A stretch of 64,000 bases of DNA from Sedimentisphaerales bacterium (lineage in GTDB: Bacteria; Planctomycetota; Phycisphaerae; Sedimentisphaerales; Anaerobacaceae), in assembly GCA_029907605.1 (NCBI GenBank), contig JARYLO010000002.1, positions 11,030 to 75,029 of the forward strand, given 5' to 3'. Position 1 is the stretch's first letter; every line of letters starts with the position of its first letter. A program made the position numbers and the translations under genes. Under the pieces are notes generated by a model that was not told where the DNA came from, ran no database searches, and saw only the letters and a program-made list of their open reading frames with translations. Shown here one piece after another: positions 1 to 9,666 of the stretch.

Positions 1-414
1 AGGACATGCATGAGGCTGCTGATGACCGCCGGGACGATGTCGCTAGTGAGTACTGCTATCTGGTTTGCCTCGATAACTCTGGTGGGCCCAGTGATGATGG
101 CTACGTATGGGCCATCCTTTGTCAAGGGCAACAAGGTATTGCAAATCCTTGCAATTGGCTGCCTGCCTGCAGGTATGAATATGGTTGGGGCCTACTTCCT
201 TTGGGCCACCGGCAGGGCCAAGACCATGCTGATGGTGGACCTTGTGCGGGCCTTAGTGACATTGTTCTACTGTCTTTTGCAGGTGCCACTTTCGGCCCTG
301 GACGCTGCAAGGGGTCTATCGCTTGGCTATGCAGTCAGCACCCCCCTCTTGATCTGCACTATCTGGCCAGTCGTTGTGCCTGGCAAGAAAGAGATCCTCA
401 GTGATAACCGTTGA
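1..414 (+). CDS. Wzx/MOP-type polysaccharide flippase, C-terminal fragment (5' end upstream of window)
   Basis: Frame +1 is open from nt 1 to TGA 412-414. The product is a run of hydrophobic helices (IWFASITLVGPVMMATYGPSF, ILAIGCLPAGMNMVGAYFLWATGRAK, LFYCLLQVPL) like the C-terminal part of Wzx flippases. It lies directly upstream of Wzy-like and glycosyltransferase genes. Confidence 0.5.
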   Translation, partial: RTCMRLLMTAGTMSLVSTAIWFASITLVGPVMMATYGPSFVKGNKVLQILAIGCLPAGMNMVGAYFLWATGRAKTMLMVDLVRALVTLFYCLLQVPLSALDAARGLSLGYAVSTPLLICTIWPVVVPGKKEILSDNR

Positions 415-1693
415 AGCATCTGGATATATTGCCGATCACTGGTTGGTCAGGCGGCGGTTGTTCTTGGGCAATTGTGTCTGTTGGCTTGCCACCATTGGAA
501 TAGTCCAAGCCTGGCTTGCAGCGATCCTCTTTGCACAAGGCCTGACGACTGGCTCTGATCAATGGGGCAATAGGATAGTCGTCGAGAACAAGTCCACGCC
601 CTATTACCTTCTGCATGGCAGCTCGCTGGCGAACCTCCTAGCTGCTGGCCTAATTGCTGCCAGCAACAGTGGATACCAATCTCTGGACAGGCTTGGCAGG
701 TTCGCTATCTGGCTACTTGTCCTTGTCAGCATATTGTGGACTATTATTGCCTATGATTGGCCAGAGCTCTTATCCCCGACCATCTTTGGTGCAACAGGGC
801 CATTCGTATGGCTCAGTGTCATCATCGTGTTTGCGGGGATGGAATCGAGGGTATGGGCATGGCTGGACCGGCTTGTGGATCCATTGGTCATTATCACTGC
901 CATCATGGCCATAGTGTCTATCCTCCACCAGGAGGCAGACTCACCAGGTGCGGTATTGCGAATAAATCACTATTTCTCCTTGCTCTTTTGGTTTGGAGGT
1001 TGGCGGTGCCTTGCGAGAACCAGCCAGAAGATCGTGTGGATCCTCATGGATTCGGCAGTGTTGGCATTGCTGATGATACTTGCACTTTGGCTCATGAGGC
1101 GTTCCTGGGTGATCAATATATCGCTGCTGATCAGCATCTATCTTGTTACCCTAGGCAGAAGGGTTGGGCCTAGCGCCAAGGCGGCCTATTGTGTGGCAGC
1201 TTCTTCAGTTGGACTGATACTTATGCTGGTCGGGACTATGCCTTCGCTGCAACAGGCCGTAGCCGGCCTGATTGCCCGCCTTGACGAGGATACCAGGACA
1301 GGGCAGTACAGGATATTCTTCTCGCAGGTCAAATGGGAAGATCTGATACTTGGTCTTGGACCGAAGGCAACATATTACTATGGCCCCGCAAGCCCGCAGT
1401 ATCAATTCTTCGACAACGCCTATATCTGGATGGCCTTCATAGGGGGCCTGCCTATATTGGTTTGCTATTGTCTGGTCGTACTGTGGCCAGGTCTGGCAGC
1501 CCTATTTGTTACACCAAGTGATAAACATACCATCCTGGCTTGCGGAATCATGTTGGCGATCTGGGCACTAATATTGGGGGGACTTGGGGTATTCAGTTGC
1601 CCTTGTCTTAGTGCATACCATTATCTTATATGCCTGATGGCAGGGCTATGTTGGAGCTCGAAGGGCCTGGATGCGGATGACAGCGGTCAGTAA
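374..1693 (+). CDS. Wzy-type O-antigen/EPS polymerase-like polytopic membrane protein
   Basis: 439-aa ORF with many predicted TM helices. One large loop (RLDEDTRTGQYRIFFSQVKWEDLILGLGPKATYYYGP..FFDNAYIWMAF) resembles the Wzy_C/O-antigen-ligase loop. Start is uncertain (ATG 374 or GTG 401); both overlap the flippase stop. Confidence 0.55.
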   Translation: MCLARKRSSVITVEASGYIADHWLVRRRLFLGNCVCWLATIGIVQAWLAAILFAQGLTTGSDQWGNRIVVENKSTPYYLLHGSSLANLLAAGLIAASNSGYQSLDRLGRFAIWLLVLVSILWTIIAYDWPELLSPTIFGATGPFVWLSVIIVFAGMESRVWAWLDRLVDPLVIITAIMAIVSILHQEADSPGAVLRINHYFSLLFWFGGWRCLARTSQKIVWILMDSAVLALLMILALWLMRRSWVINISLLISIYLVTLGRRVGPSAKAAYCVAASSVGLILMLVGTMPSLQQAVAGLIARLDEDTRTGQYRIFFSQVKWEDLILGLGPKATYYYGPASPQYQFFDNAYIWMAFIGGLPILVCYCLVVLWPGLAALFVTPSDKHTILACGIMLAIWALILGGLGVFSCPCLSAYHYLICLMAGLCWSSKGLDADDSGQ

Positions 1694-2888
1694 GGACAGT
1701 CGATTCAACCTGGTCTTCCTTGGTGGCTTTCCATATCCGCGAGGTATGGCGGCGACCAGACACATGCAGCTGATCATAGATGGATTCAAGCAATACAAAG
1801 ACATTACCTCGCAGGTGATAGTATTGCGGCAATCCAAGAAAGATAACCCATTATGCGGGGCCCACAAGGGTACGCCGTTTCAGACCGTGATGGGTAGCGC
1901 CCTGCGTGCAAGATTTGTGCTGTTTGGGCCTGCCTTTCTTTTCAAGACAAGAAAGGTAATCCGAGATGCCTTTAGACCAGATATGCATAACATCCTGTAT
2001 GTGTATGGGCCGCCCTTGATCGACAATCTCTTTGCCATCAGGCAGGCCCGAGGCCTGGGATTCAAAGTAGTCTTTGAGATAGTAGAGGATGATAACCTTG
2101 CGGTTGATCTACAGAAAGGTGTCTGGCAAAGGGCCTCAAATACCTTCGCCCGTGCATTTACCCATCAGATCACTAGGCTTGCACATGGGGTGATAGTGAT
2201 CAGTTCACATCTTCTGACCAAGTTTGCAGACCTGATGGGTGGCGCCATACCTATCCATCTTAGGCCAGTGCCAGTAGATGTAGGGAGGTTTCCGAATGTA
2301 CCGCGTAGGTTCGCTGGCAACATCACCCTCTTCTACTCTGGCAGTTTCGGCCTAAAGGATGGTGTTCCTGTCTTGCTCGATGCATTTGATATCCTAGCAC
2401 AAACATACCCAAACCTGAGGCTTGTTATGACTGGGAGGGCGAGTCGGGATGACGCAGGTATGATTGCAGCTCGCATATCCCGCTCTCCATACCGTGCTAG
2501 GATCATAAACAAGGGCTATCTTGAGGATTATTTGTATGAGGCCCAACTGATAGCGGCAGACATCCCTTGTATGACAAGGATCAATCATCCATATGCAAAT
2601 GCAGGCTTTCCCTACAAGCTGGCTGAATACCTGGCATCTGCCAAGCCTGTCATTGCATCTAGGATCTCGGATATCCCAAGGTTTCTCGAGGATGGCCATT
2701 CTGCAATGTTGGTTGCGCCAGGTGATGCCAAAGACATTGCCAATAAGATCGAATACCTCCTCTTGCATCCACAGAAGGCCATGGCAATAGCTGCTGAGGC
2801 CAGGAGGATAGCTTGCACGCATTTCAGCCACACAAGGCAGGCTCCTGGACTCTATGGGTTTATCCAGAGGATCTGTCAGGATGCCTGA
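1671..2888 (+). CDS. Glycosyltransferase family 4 (GT-B fold)
   Basis: 405 aa. The C-terminal half carries the GT4 EX7E-type region GFPYKLAEYLASAKPVIASRISDIPRFLEDGHSAMLVAPGD. It overlaps the upstream gene end. Confidence 0.8.
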   Translation: MRMTAVSKDSRFNLVFLGGFPYPRGMAATRHMQLIIDGFKQYKDITSQVIVLRQSKKDNPLCGAHKGTPFQTVMGSALRARFVLFGPAFLFKTRKVIRDAFRPDMHNILYVYGPPLIDNLFAIRQARGLGFKVVFEIVEDDNLAVDLQKGVWQRASNTFARAFTHQITRLAHGVIVISSHLLTKFADLMGGAIPIHLRPVPVDVGRFPNVPRRFAGNITLFYSGSFGLKDGVPVLLDAFDILAQTYPNLRLVMTGRASRDDAGMIAARISRSPYRARIINKGYLEDYLYEAQLIAADIPCMTRINHPYANAGFPYKLAEYLASAKPVIASRISDIPRFLEDGHSAMLVAPGDAKDIANKIEYLLLHPQKAMAIAAEARRIACTHFSHTRQAPGLYGFIQRICQDA

Positions 2889-4062
2889 AGCAATACTTGT
2901 GGATCCATGTAACTTTGTAGACTATCCAACTGGTGGACAGCTATCATTTGCCAAACAGCTCATGAAGGCCTACGGCGACAGGCTTGCCCTTGTCGGTGTT
3001 AGCACAGATTGCACGCCTGTAGGCTGCTGGATGGCCAAGCAGTTCGATGGCCACAAGTTTATGTACCTAAGTTTCTGTCGATGTACCCACACGCACAAGA
3101 GGCCACTTGTTCCAGGCCGACTTAAGGCAGTCGCAGGCCTTATGCGATACAGGCGCCAGATCTTCGGCCTGGGCGTCCGCAATCTCCTTACCCAATCACC
3201 TGAGGCCTTGATATCACTTAGTAATTTGCCATGGGAGAGCATCTGCTACTGCCTAGCAGGGGCAGAAAACCCATTGCGTAGGTCCAGATACCATTGGGCA
3301 AGGTCCTTATCCAAACTGTTCGACAGGTCTTGGATAAAGTCTTTGAGACGGGCAGATGTAATACTGGCCTGTGCCGACCGGCCATCCATCGACCGCTTTC
3401 TGCAGGAAAGGCATTGGGAGGAACTGGGGCAAAGGATAATACCATTTCCAACCAGGTATGACGATGCGATCTTCTATCCCGTGCCCATTGAGATGGCAAG
3501 GTCCAGATTAGGTATACCCCTCGATTGTATTGTCTTGGCAACTATTGGCAGGATCAACATAACCAAGGGATGGGACCTTGCCCTAAATGGATTTAAGATC
3601 TTCTTGGCAGGATACCCCAACAGCCTGCTCTTCTTCGTCGGTGACGGAGAGGACCGCGATGCCTTGCTGCGACGTGCTGCCCGTATTGGCGTTGAGACTG
3701 CCGTACATGTAACGGGCTTTCTTGAGCCAAGAAAGGTTGCAGAGTTCATTAATGCAGCAGACCTTGTGGTCTTTGGTTCCCAATTTGAGGGGTGGTCGGT
3801 GGCCATGCTCGAGGCCCTTGGCTGTGGCAAGCCTATTGTCACCACGGAGGTCAGCGGTGTGCATGACTTGATACTGGAGGGGCGAAATGGCCTTATCGTC
3901 AGAGAGAGGCAGCCAGAATGCCTTGCCAAGGCCATGTCAGATGCGTTGAGATTGACATCCGCAACTTGCGAATCGATCCGGATTGCCCAAAGATATCGAC
4001 TTGCCGACCTCGGGCAGGAACTTGGACGGATCTGGCCACCATTGGTTTGGCGGGCTGAGTAA
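2881..4062 (+). CDS. Glycosyltransferase family 4 (GT-B fold)
   Basis: ATG 2881 overlaps the upstream TGA (2886-2888). FEGWSVAMLEALGCGKPIVTTEVSGVHDLILEGRNGLIV is a GT4 EX7E region. The ORF track offers an earlier start at 2854. Confidence 0.8.
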   Translation: MPEAILVDPCNFVDYPTGGQLSFAKQLMKAYGDRLALVGVSTDCTPVGCWMAKQFDGHKFMYLSFCRCTHTHKRPLVPGRLKAVAGLMRYRRQIFGLGVRNLLTQSPEALISLSNLPWESICYCLAGAENPLRRSRYHWARSLSKLFDRSWIKSLRRADVILACADRPSIDRFLQERHWEELGQRIIPFPTRYDDAIFYPVPIEMARSRLGIPLDCIVLATIGRINITKGWDLALNGFKIFLAGYPNSLLFFVGDGEDRDALLRRAARIGVETAVHVTGFLEPRKVAEFINAADLVVFGSQFEGWSVAMLEALGCGKPIVTTEVSGVHDLILEGRNGLIVRERQPECLAKAMSDALRLTSATCESIRIAQRYRLADLGQELGRIWPPLVWRAE

Positions 4063-5570
4063 TGGCAAGGGTCTTGATAGCAAACCTACCAAGTCCTCCT
4101 GGCTTGGACGTATATCGGGATATGGCAGGTGCTTATGGTACTGCCCTGAATGTTCGCAGGAGGGATTATGGTCACTCGTCAAACGTATTCTTCCCTACAT
4201 TTGTACCATACCTGGCCACGGCCCTAAGGAAGGCAGGGCACGAGGTCCAGGCCATAGATGGCCAGGTGCTCAGGTCTACACTGCCAGGATTCATCGATAA
4301 GGTAGTCAAGAAGGCCCCTGACATAATCATTGCCATGCCTTCATTGCCATCACTAGTTGGCGATTGCCACTTATTGAGGCTGCTCAAACTTAGTCTGCCC
4401 AAGGCCAGTATCATCGCGATAGGTCCTGTGGCGAATGCCCTACCGTATGATGTCTTAAACAGCGGTGCTGATCTGGTTGTAAAGGGGTCATACCCATTCT
4501 ACCATGGCCCTATCATCTGGTTTCTTGAAATGCTGGAAAGATTCAGCATCGAGTGCGCAAAGGATATACCAGGTGCAATATACATAGATAGTGACGGCAG
4601 GATGGTGCGGACGCCAGATGATGTTGGATGGGACTGCGACTGTCTCGATGACCTGGAGCTCGAGGCCTATCTATTATTGCCCATCGAGAGGTACAGGGTT
4701 GCAGCAATGGGCCCGGCTGGCCGGTTGACGAACTACTTTCCTATAATCGGAGGCAAAGGCTGCCCATTTTGCTGTTCATATTGTCCCTACCCTATTGGAT
4801 ATGGCAGGAGGCTCGTGCTCAAATCGCCCCAAATGATATTAAGGGAGATAGAATTCCTCCATAAGAACTTTGGGATAACAGGCGTTCTCTTCAGGGATCA
4901 GTTGTTTACTGCCAGCAAGACGAGGGTAGAGGCCATATGTGACCTGATGATCTCCAAGGGTCTGTCAATCCACTGGGCAATAGAGGCCAGGATAGATGAG
5001 GTCTCAGGTCCAATGCTCAAGAGAATGCGGGCTGCTGGGTGCGTCAGGATATCATATGGCGTAGAGACCGGCGATGAACGGTTACTGCAGAAGGTAGGCA
5101 AGCCAGGCCTGAACCTGGCCACGATCAGCGAAGGCTTTGCAGAGACGGTAAGTGCAGGCATCTTCACGGTTGCATTTGTCATGTTCGGCCTGCCAGGTGA
5201 GGACCGGAAGGCAGCGGAAAACACCATAGACTTTGTACTAAGACTTGACTGTGACAACGCACTATGTGGCGTCATCACGCCATATCCTGGTACAGCGTTG
5301 TTTGACATGGCCAGGCAGAAGGGGCTGATAACCACTTACGACTGGAGCAGATACACAAGTCGCCATGTGGTCATGCACACCGAGTGGCTTTCTGCTGAGG
5401 AACTGGGGCAACTTAGGTCCAGGTTCATGAGGTCACTGAGACTAAAACAGCTATGGAGGATGTTCCAACGCAGGTCTGATAGTGCTCCTGGTTCCATCTC
5501 GTGGCATGCCCTCCTATATAGGCTGCATATGGCAAGAGAACATCTTTGGCCAAGAAGGGAGACGGTGTGA
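4062..5570 (+). CDS. B12-binding-domain radical SAM enzyme (class-B-like) embedded in glycan locus
   Basis: TAATG stop/start overlap at 4060-4064. An N-terminal Rossmann-like domain (DIIIAMPSLPSL, IIAIGPVANALP) is followed by the CxxxCxxC cluster GCPFCCSYCPY and a radical-SAM core (VRISYGVETGDERLL, FGLPGED). Confidence 0.85.
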   Translation: MARVLIANLPSPPGLDVYRDMAGAYGTALNVRRRDYGHSSNVFFPTFVPYLATALRKAGHEVQAIDGQVLRSTLPGFIDKVVKKAPDIIIAMPSLPSLVGDCHLLRLLKLSLPKASIIAIGPVANALPYDVLNSGADLVVKGSYPFYHGPIIWFLEMLERFSIECAKDIPGAIYIDSDGRMVRTPDDVGWDCDCLDDLELEAYLLLPIERYRVAAMGPAGRLTNYFPIIGGKGCPFCCSYCPYPIGYGRRLVLKSPQMILREIEFLHKNFGITGVLFRDQLFTASKTRVEAICDLMISKGLSIHWAIEARIDEVSGPMLKRMRAAGCVRISYGVETGDERLLQKVGKPGLNLATISEGFAETVSAGIFTVAFVMFGLPGEDRKAAENTIDFVLRLDCDNALCGVITPYPGTALFDMARQKGLITTYDWSRYTSRHVVMHTEWLSAEELGQLRSRFMRSLRLKQLWRMFQRRSDSAPGSISWHALLYRLHMAREHLWPRRETV

Positions 5571-6814
5571 AGATCCTTGTGGTCCACAATAGCTACGGCA
5601 TGCATAGTGGTGAGGAGACGGTCGTATATGACTCCATTGAGTTACTCAGGAGCAAAGGCCACGAAGTGTCCACATTTGCTAGGAGTAGTGCCGAGATCGC
5701 CCAGATGCGATTTGGAAGGATCCTGGCCTTTTTCTCTGGGATCTTGAACGCCAAGGCAAGGTGTCAATTCAGGGGCCTTCTCCATAAGGCTAGACCCGAT
5801 ATAGTCCACATACACAACCTCTTTCCCCTTATCTCCCCTGCCATACTGCCGGAATGCAGTAAGGCTGGGATACCTGTAGTCATGACCGTGCACAACTACC
5901 GGCTCCTATGCCCAAATGGCCTGCAGATGCCAAAGGGCAGGACCGGTTTGTGCCGTAGATGTTTGGGTGGTAGGGAGTACTGGTGTGTCTTGAAGAACTG
6001 CGAGTCGAGCCTGCCAAGAAGTTTTGGTTATGCGATCAGGAACTGTGTAGCCAGAAGGTGGAGGCTCTTCCGAGACCATGTCTGGCTCTACATCTGCCTC
6101 TCCAATCCACAAAGGCAGGCCCTTATCGAGGCAGGTTACCCAGCAGAAAGGGTTGAGGTCTTGGAGAATATGGTCCAGCCTGCCCTGGCACCAGGATCTG
6201 CCAGGCTTGGCAGGTATGTGGGCTTTGCAGGTAGACTCAGCCCAGAGAAAGGGATCGACATATTGCTTGCAGCTGCCAGGTGTTGCCAACAGATACCGAT
6301 CCGGATAGCCGGTAGTCTGGATACAAGGCCAGAGATAGTACACCAAGCACCTGCCAATTGCAGATTCTGGGATGCAATCCAGAAATCCGAGATGCCCAGG
6401 TTCTATCGGTCATGCAGGTTTCTGGTGGTGCCAAGCCTCTGTCAGGAGACATTTTGCTTAGCAGCAGCAGAGGCACAGGTCCAAGCCAGGCCGGTAATCT
6501 GTTCGAGGATAGGGGCCTTACCGGAGATAGTCGTTGACGGGATAACAGGTCTATTATTTGAGCCTGGTGACGCGATTGGGTTGGCCAAGAAGATGGAGTA
6601 CCTCTGGCAAAGGCCGGAGCTCTCCATCTCCATGGGCCTCGCTGGACAACGGCGTGCCCTGAGCCAATACTCGCCTCAAAGATATTACGATCGCCTCATG
6701 TACCTCTATCGCAAGGCGATGGCACTGGGCCTGCCTACCTTGGCCAAGCGCGATCAAAAGGAACCTGGTATTGAAGGAGCACATCATGTGGCCAATCATC
6801 TGGCATGTGATTGA
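5567..6814 (+). CDS. Glycosyltransferase family 4 (GT-B fold)
   Basis: GTG 5567 forms a GTGA overlap with the radical SAM stop (alternative TTG 5546). It has a KILVVHNSYG..SGEE N-terminus and the region QETFCLAAAEAQVQARPVICSRIGALPEIVVDGITGLLFEPGD. Confidence 0.8.
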   Translation: MKILVVHNSYGMHSGEETVVYDSIELLRSKGHEVSTFARSSAEIAQMRFGRILAFFSGILNAKARCQFRGLLHKARPDIVHIHNLFPLISPAILPECSKAGIPVVMTVHNYRLLCPNGLQMPKGRTGLCRRCLGGREYWCVLKNCESSLPRSFGYAIRNCVARRWRLFRDHVWLYICLSNPQRQALIEAGYPAERVEVLENMVQPALAPGSARLGRYVGFAGRLSPEKGIDILLAAARCCQQIPIRIAGSLDTRPEIVHQAPANCRFWDAIQKSEMPRFYRSCRFLVVPSLCQETFCLAAAEAQVQARPVICSRIGALPEIVVDGITGLLFEPGDAIGLAKKMEYLWQRPELSISMGLAGQRRALSQYSPQRYYDRLMYLYRKAMALGLPTLAKRDQKEPGIEGAHHVANHLACD

Positions 6815-8882
6815 TTGCTGCGGCTGCTTGGGAATGCTGTGTCTATTACCCCCTTTGCCAGCGGTAATGTACCCAAGGACCATATTCGCAGCCCTACTGC
6901 CTTACACCTTTGACAGTTGTTACTTTGTGGATGCAGATAGGGGCGACGACTCCTTTTCAGGTAGGATCATGGAGCCGGATCCCAACAAGAAGGATGGTCC
7001 TATGCGTACCATCCAGCGGGCATATGATAGGCTCCAGCCCGGCGATGTGCTGTATATAGGGCAGGGCCTATACAGAGAGGCGGTTACCATGGCCAAGGCC
7101 GCCTCACAGTTCGGGCCCATTTGGATCCAGGCCTTCCCTGGTGATGAAGGAAAGGTGGTCATAGCTGGCTCTGATCCAGTGATGAATTGGAATAGGTGCG
7201 AGGATCAAGCTTCTTGTTATGGAAATCCCAATTGGCAGCAGATATTCTATGCAGACACTAATGGCATAGAGGTCAGACAGGTCTTTCAGGGCCAAGAAAG
7301 GCTAAGACCTTCCCGCTTCCCTGAGGTTGGTTGGCTATATCCAGCATCAATACAAGCAGATGGTCACACCGGATTCGATGCCCCTGCAATAGCTGGAGTA
7401 AGCGACCTGGCCATCACAGGCATATGCGACATTAAGACTGCCCCGTGGCACATAGACCAGATCAGGGTCCAATCGTATGATCCAACAACTACTAGACTGA
7501 GGCTCCTGTTGCCAACAAGATACCCTATATCCTCGAGTTGTGGTTATTACCTGACCAATCTTGTCAGTCACATCAACCAGGAAGGCGAATGGGCGTTTGA
7601 CTACACAAGGGGCAGGTTATTCGTATGGCCGATCGGTGGTTCGACTGCCGGCATAGAGGTCACTGTCCGCGACTATGGTCTGTACCTATCAGGATCCTGC
7701 TCTTATCACATCATCCGTGGCCTATCGATAGTGCGTGCAAATTATGGGGTCCGCCTCGATGGCAGTAGCCACATTGTATTTTCAGACAATGCGGTAGACT
7801 GGTCATTCGATACTGGCATAATCGACTCCAGGACCACATCATCTGTGATCAGCCGGAACACCATCAGGTACAGCGGTTCGGCGGCGATTGTCCAGGATGA
7901 GCTCAGTAGCTATGGGTTGATAGAGGGAAATCTTGTCTATGCAGCGGGTGCGCAGTTACTAGGCGAAGACCCTGTCAATGGCGATGCAATGGGCATGGCG
8001 GTCTTCGGTATAAGGACAAGGGTTATCGGCAATAGGATTGATTGCACTGGCTATGATGGCCTGTATGTTGGCAGAGGCAGCACCTCTGGCAGGGAGGTGG
8101 CGTATAATTACATCTCAAATACCTGTCTTTGCCTTGCTGATGGTGCTGGCATATACACGGATGGCCGTTCCAACTCATCCGAACCAGACTATATCCATCA
8201 CAATATAGTAGCTGATACCATGGGCTGGCTAGGTGGCTGGTCCGGCCATGAACGATCATCACCTATTGGCGAGGGATATGGCATCTATATTGATGAACAG
8301 GCAAACAACAGGATCATAGAATACAATACCATCTTGAACTGCTCTGGACCTGGTATCTTTGTCCACTGGGCCCAAGACAACCGTCTAACCAGCAACATCC
8401 TTTATGGAAATGGCATGTGCCAGCTACTGCTAGTAGGTAAGGATGATCCCCGGTTCAGGCTAAAAGGTAATATAATGTCTGACAATCTCCTGATTGCTAC
8501 AAGTCCTGATAAGTACACGCTACGCATACAGATCGATTACAGCGAGATAGATCTAGGTGGCAGTGATCAAAACCGCTACTACCACCCAACTGATCAAGGG
8601 CATATACTGCTTTGCGCGGGCCAATCTATTGCATGCAATCCCATGACCCTTGACCAATGGCAGGCGATCAGCAAGATGGATCTAATCTCTGCAGACCTCT
8701 CGCCACACAGTGACTCAATGGCCGCCAGCCCGGTGATCTTCACGAATCCGTCGATGTGCACCTCCATTATCCCGTTGGCGGATAGTCAATATGTCGACCC
8801 TTGCGGCAGATTGGTAAAGGATGTGATCGTCCTGGGGGCCTTTGAGTCTGTTGTCCTTCTGCCAGTACCGTTGACCCAATAG
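6771..8882 (+). CDS. Right-handed parallel beta-helix repeat protein (pectate-lyase-fold; possible glycanase/epimerase)
   Basis: 703 aa. The N-terminal cap is DGPMRTIQRAYDRLQPGDVLYIGQGLYRE. Repeated roughly 22-aa turns follow (IRGLSIVRANYGVRLDGSSHIVFSDNAVDWSFDTGIIDSRTTSSVISRNTIRYSG; IEYNTILNCSGPGIFVHWAQDNRLTSNILYGNG). Start is uncertain (6771, 6786 or 6834). Confidence 0.7.
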   Translation: MKEHIMWPIIWHVIDCCGCLGMLCLLPPLPAVMYPRTIFAALLPYTFDSCYFVDADRGDDSFSGRIMEPDPNKKDGPMRTIQRAYDRLQPGDVLYIGQGLYREAVTMAKAASQFGPIWIQAFPGDEGKVVIAGSDPVMNWNRCEDQASCYGNPNWQQIFYADTNGIEVRQVFQGQERLRPSRFPEVGWLYPASIQADGHTGFDAPAIAGVSDLAITGICDIKTAPWHIDQIRVQSYDPTTTRLRLLLPTRYPISSSCGYYLTNLVSHINQEGEWAFDYTRGRLFVWPIGGSTAGIEVTVRDYGLYLSGSCSYHIIRGLSIVRANYGVRLDGSSHIVFSDNAVDWSFDTGIIDSRTTSSVISRNTIRYSGSAAIVQDELSSYGLIEGNLVYAAGAQLLGEDPVNGDAMGMAVFGIRTRVIGNRIDCTGYDGLYVGRGSTSGREVAYNYISNTCLCLADGAGIYTDGRSNSSEPDYIHHNIVADTMGWLGGWSGHERSSPIGEGYGIYIDEQANNRIIEYNTILNCSGPGIFVHWAQDNRLTSNILYGNGMCQLLLVGKDDPRFRLKGNIMSDNLLIATSPDKYTLRIQIDYSEIDLGGSDQNRYYHPTDQGHILLCAGQSIACNPMTLDQWQAISKMDLISADLSPHSDSMAASPVIFTNPSMCTSIIPLADSQYVDPCGRLVKDVIVLGAFESVVLLPVPLTQ

Positions 8883-8885
8883 TTT

Positions 8886-9665
8886 GTGTCCGAGCAATAC
8901 AATGAAAAAGCTGCCATGTGGAGGTGCCAGATCCTAGGCATTCCTATAGACCTGATCGACCATAAAGAAGTCCTGCAGCATATCAATAGATGGCGGGCAC
9001 AGGGCCTTCGGCAGTTTATCGTATTGGCAACCGCAGCGGACATCCATCTTAGCCAAGAGGATGGCCTCAGGATGGCCCTGCACAGCTCAGGGTTAAACCT
9101 GCCTGATGGGATCGCGATAGTCATGGCTGCCCGCATCCTAGGCTTTATGCCAAAGGGCCGGGTGGCTGGCCCTGACCTGATGTGGAAGCTCTGCGATTGG
9201 GGTAGGGATTATGGATACAGGCACTTCTTCTACGGCAGCACGCCCGATATCGTAAGCAGACTCATCGCAAATTTGACCCGCAGGTTCCCTGGGATAGAGA
9301 TTGCAGGTTACCTATGCCCTCCTTTCCGACAACCGACGCCGCAAGAGGATGTGGAGATGATCAGACAGATCAATGCCTGCAGGTCGGACATCGTATGGGT
9401 AGGTTTGGGCGGGATAAGACAGATACGCTGGATGGCGGACCATCTGGACAAGGTCATCGCACCGGCCATGATCGGTGTAGGTGCAGCCTTTAACTTCCAT
9501 TCTGGCCTTGTCAAGCGAGCCCCAAGATGGATGAGGCAGATCGGGATGGAGTGGTCCTTTAGGATGATCACAGAGCCCCGCAAGATCGTGCCAAGGACAA
9601 GACATACGCTGATGTTTTGCATAAGGGTGACGGCACAGGCATTAAAGACCAGTTGGAGATCATAG
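8886..9665 (+). CDS. WecB/TagA/CpsF-family glycosyltransferase (GT26)
   Basis: 259 aa. ILGIPIDLIDHKEVLQHI, DIVWVGLGGIRQIRWM and GVGAAFNFHSGLVKRAPRWMRQIGMEWSFR match GT26 hallmarks. Start is GTG 8886, or ATG 8916. Confidence 0.8.
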   Translation: MSEQYNEKAAMWRCQILGIPIDLIDHKEVLQHINRWRAQGLRQFIVLATAADIHLSQEDGLRMALHSSGLNLPDGIAIVMAARILGFMPKGRVAGPDLMWKLCDWGRDYGYRHFFYGSTPDIVSRLIANLTRRFPGIEIAGYLCPPFRQPTPQEDVEMIRQINACRSDIVWVGLGGIRQIRWMADHLDKVIAPAMIGVGAAFNFHSGLVKRAPRWMRQIGMEWSFRMITEPRKIVPRTRHTLMFCIRVTAQALKTSWRS

Positions 9666-9666
9666 T

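Noticed and set aside
6-404. 132-aa ORF in frame +3 overlapping the flippase fragment
   Set aside because: The frame +1 product is a coherent set of TM helices continuing from the window edge. The frame +3 product has no membrane or domain features.
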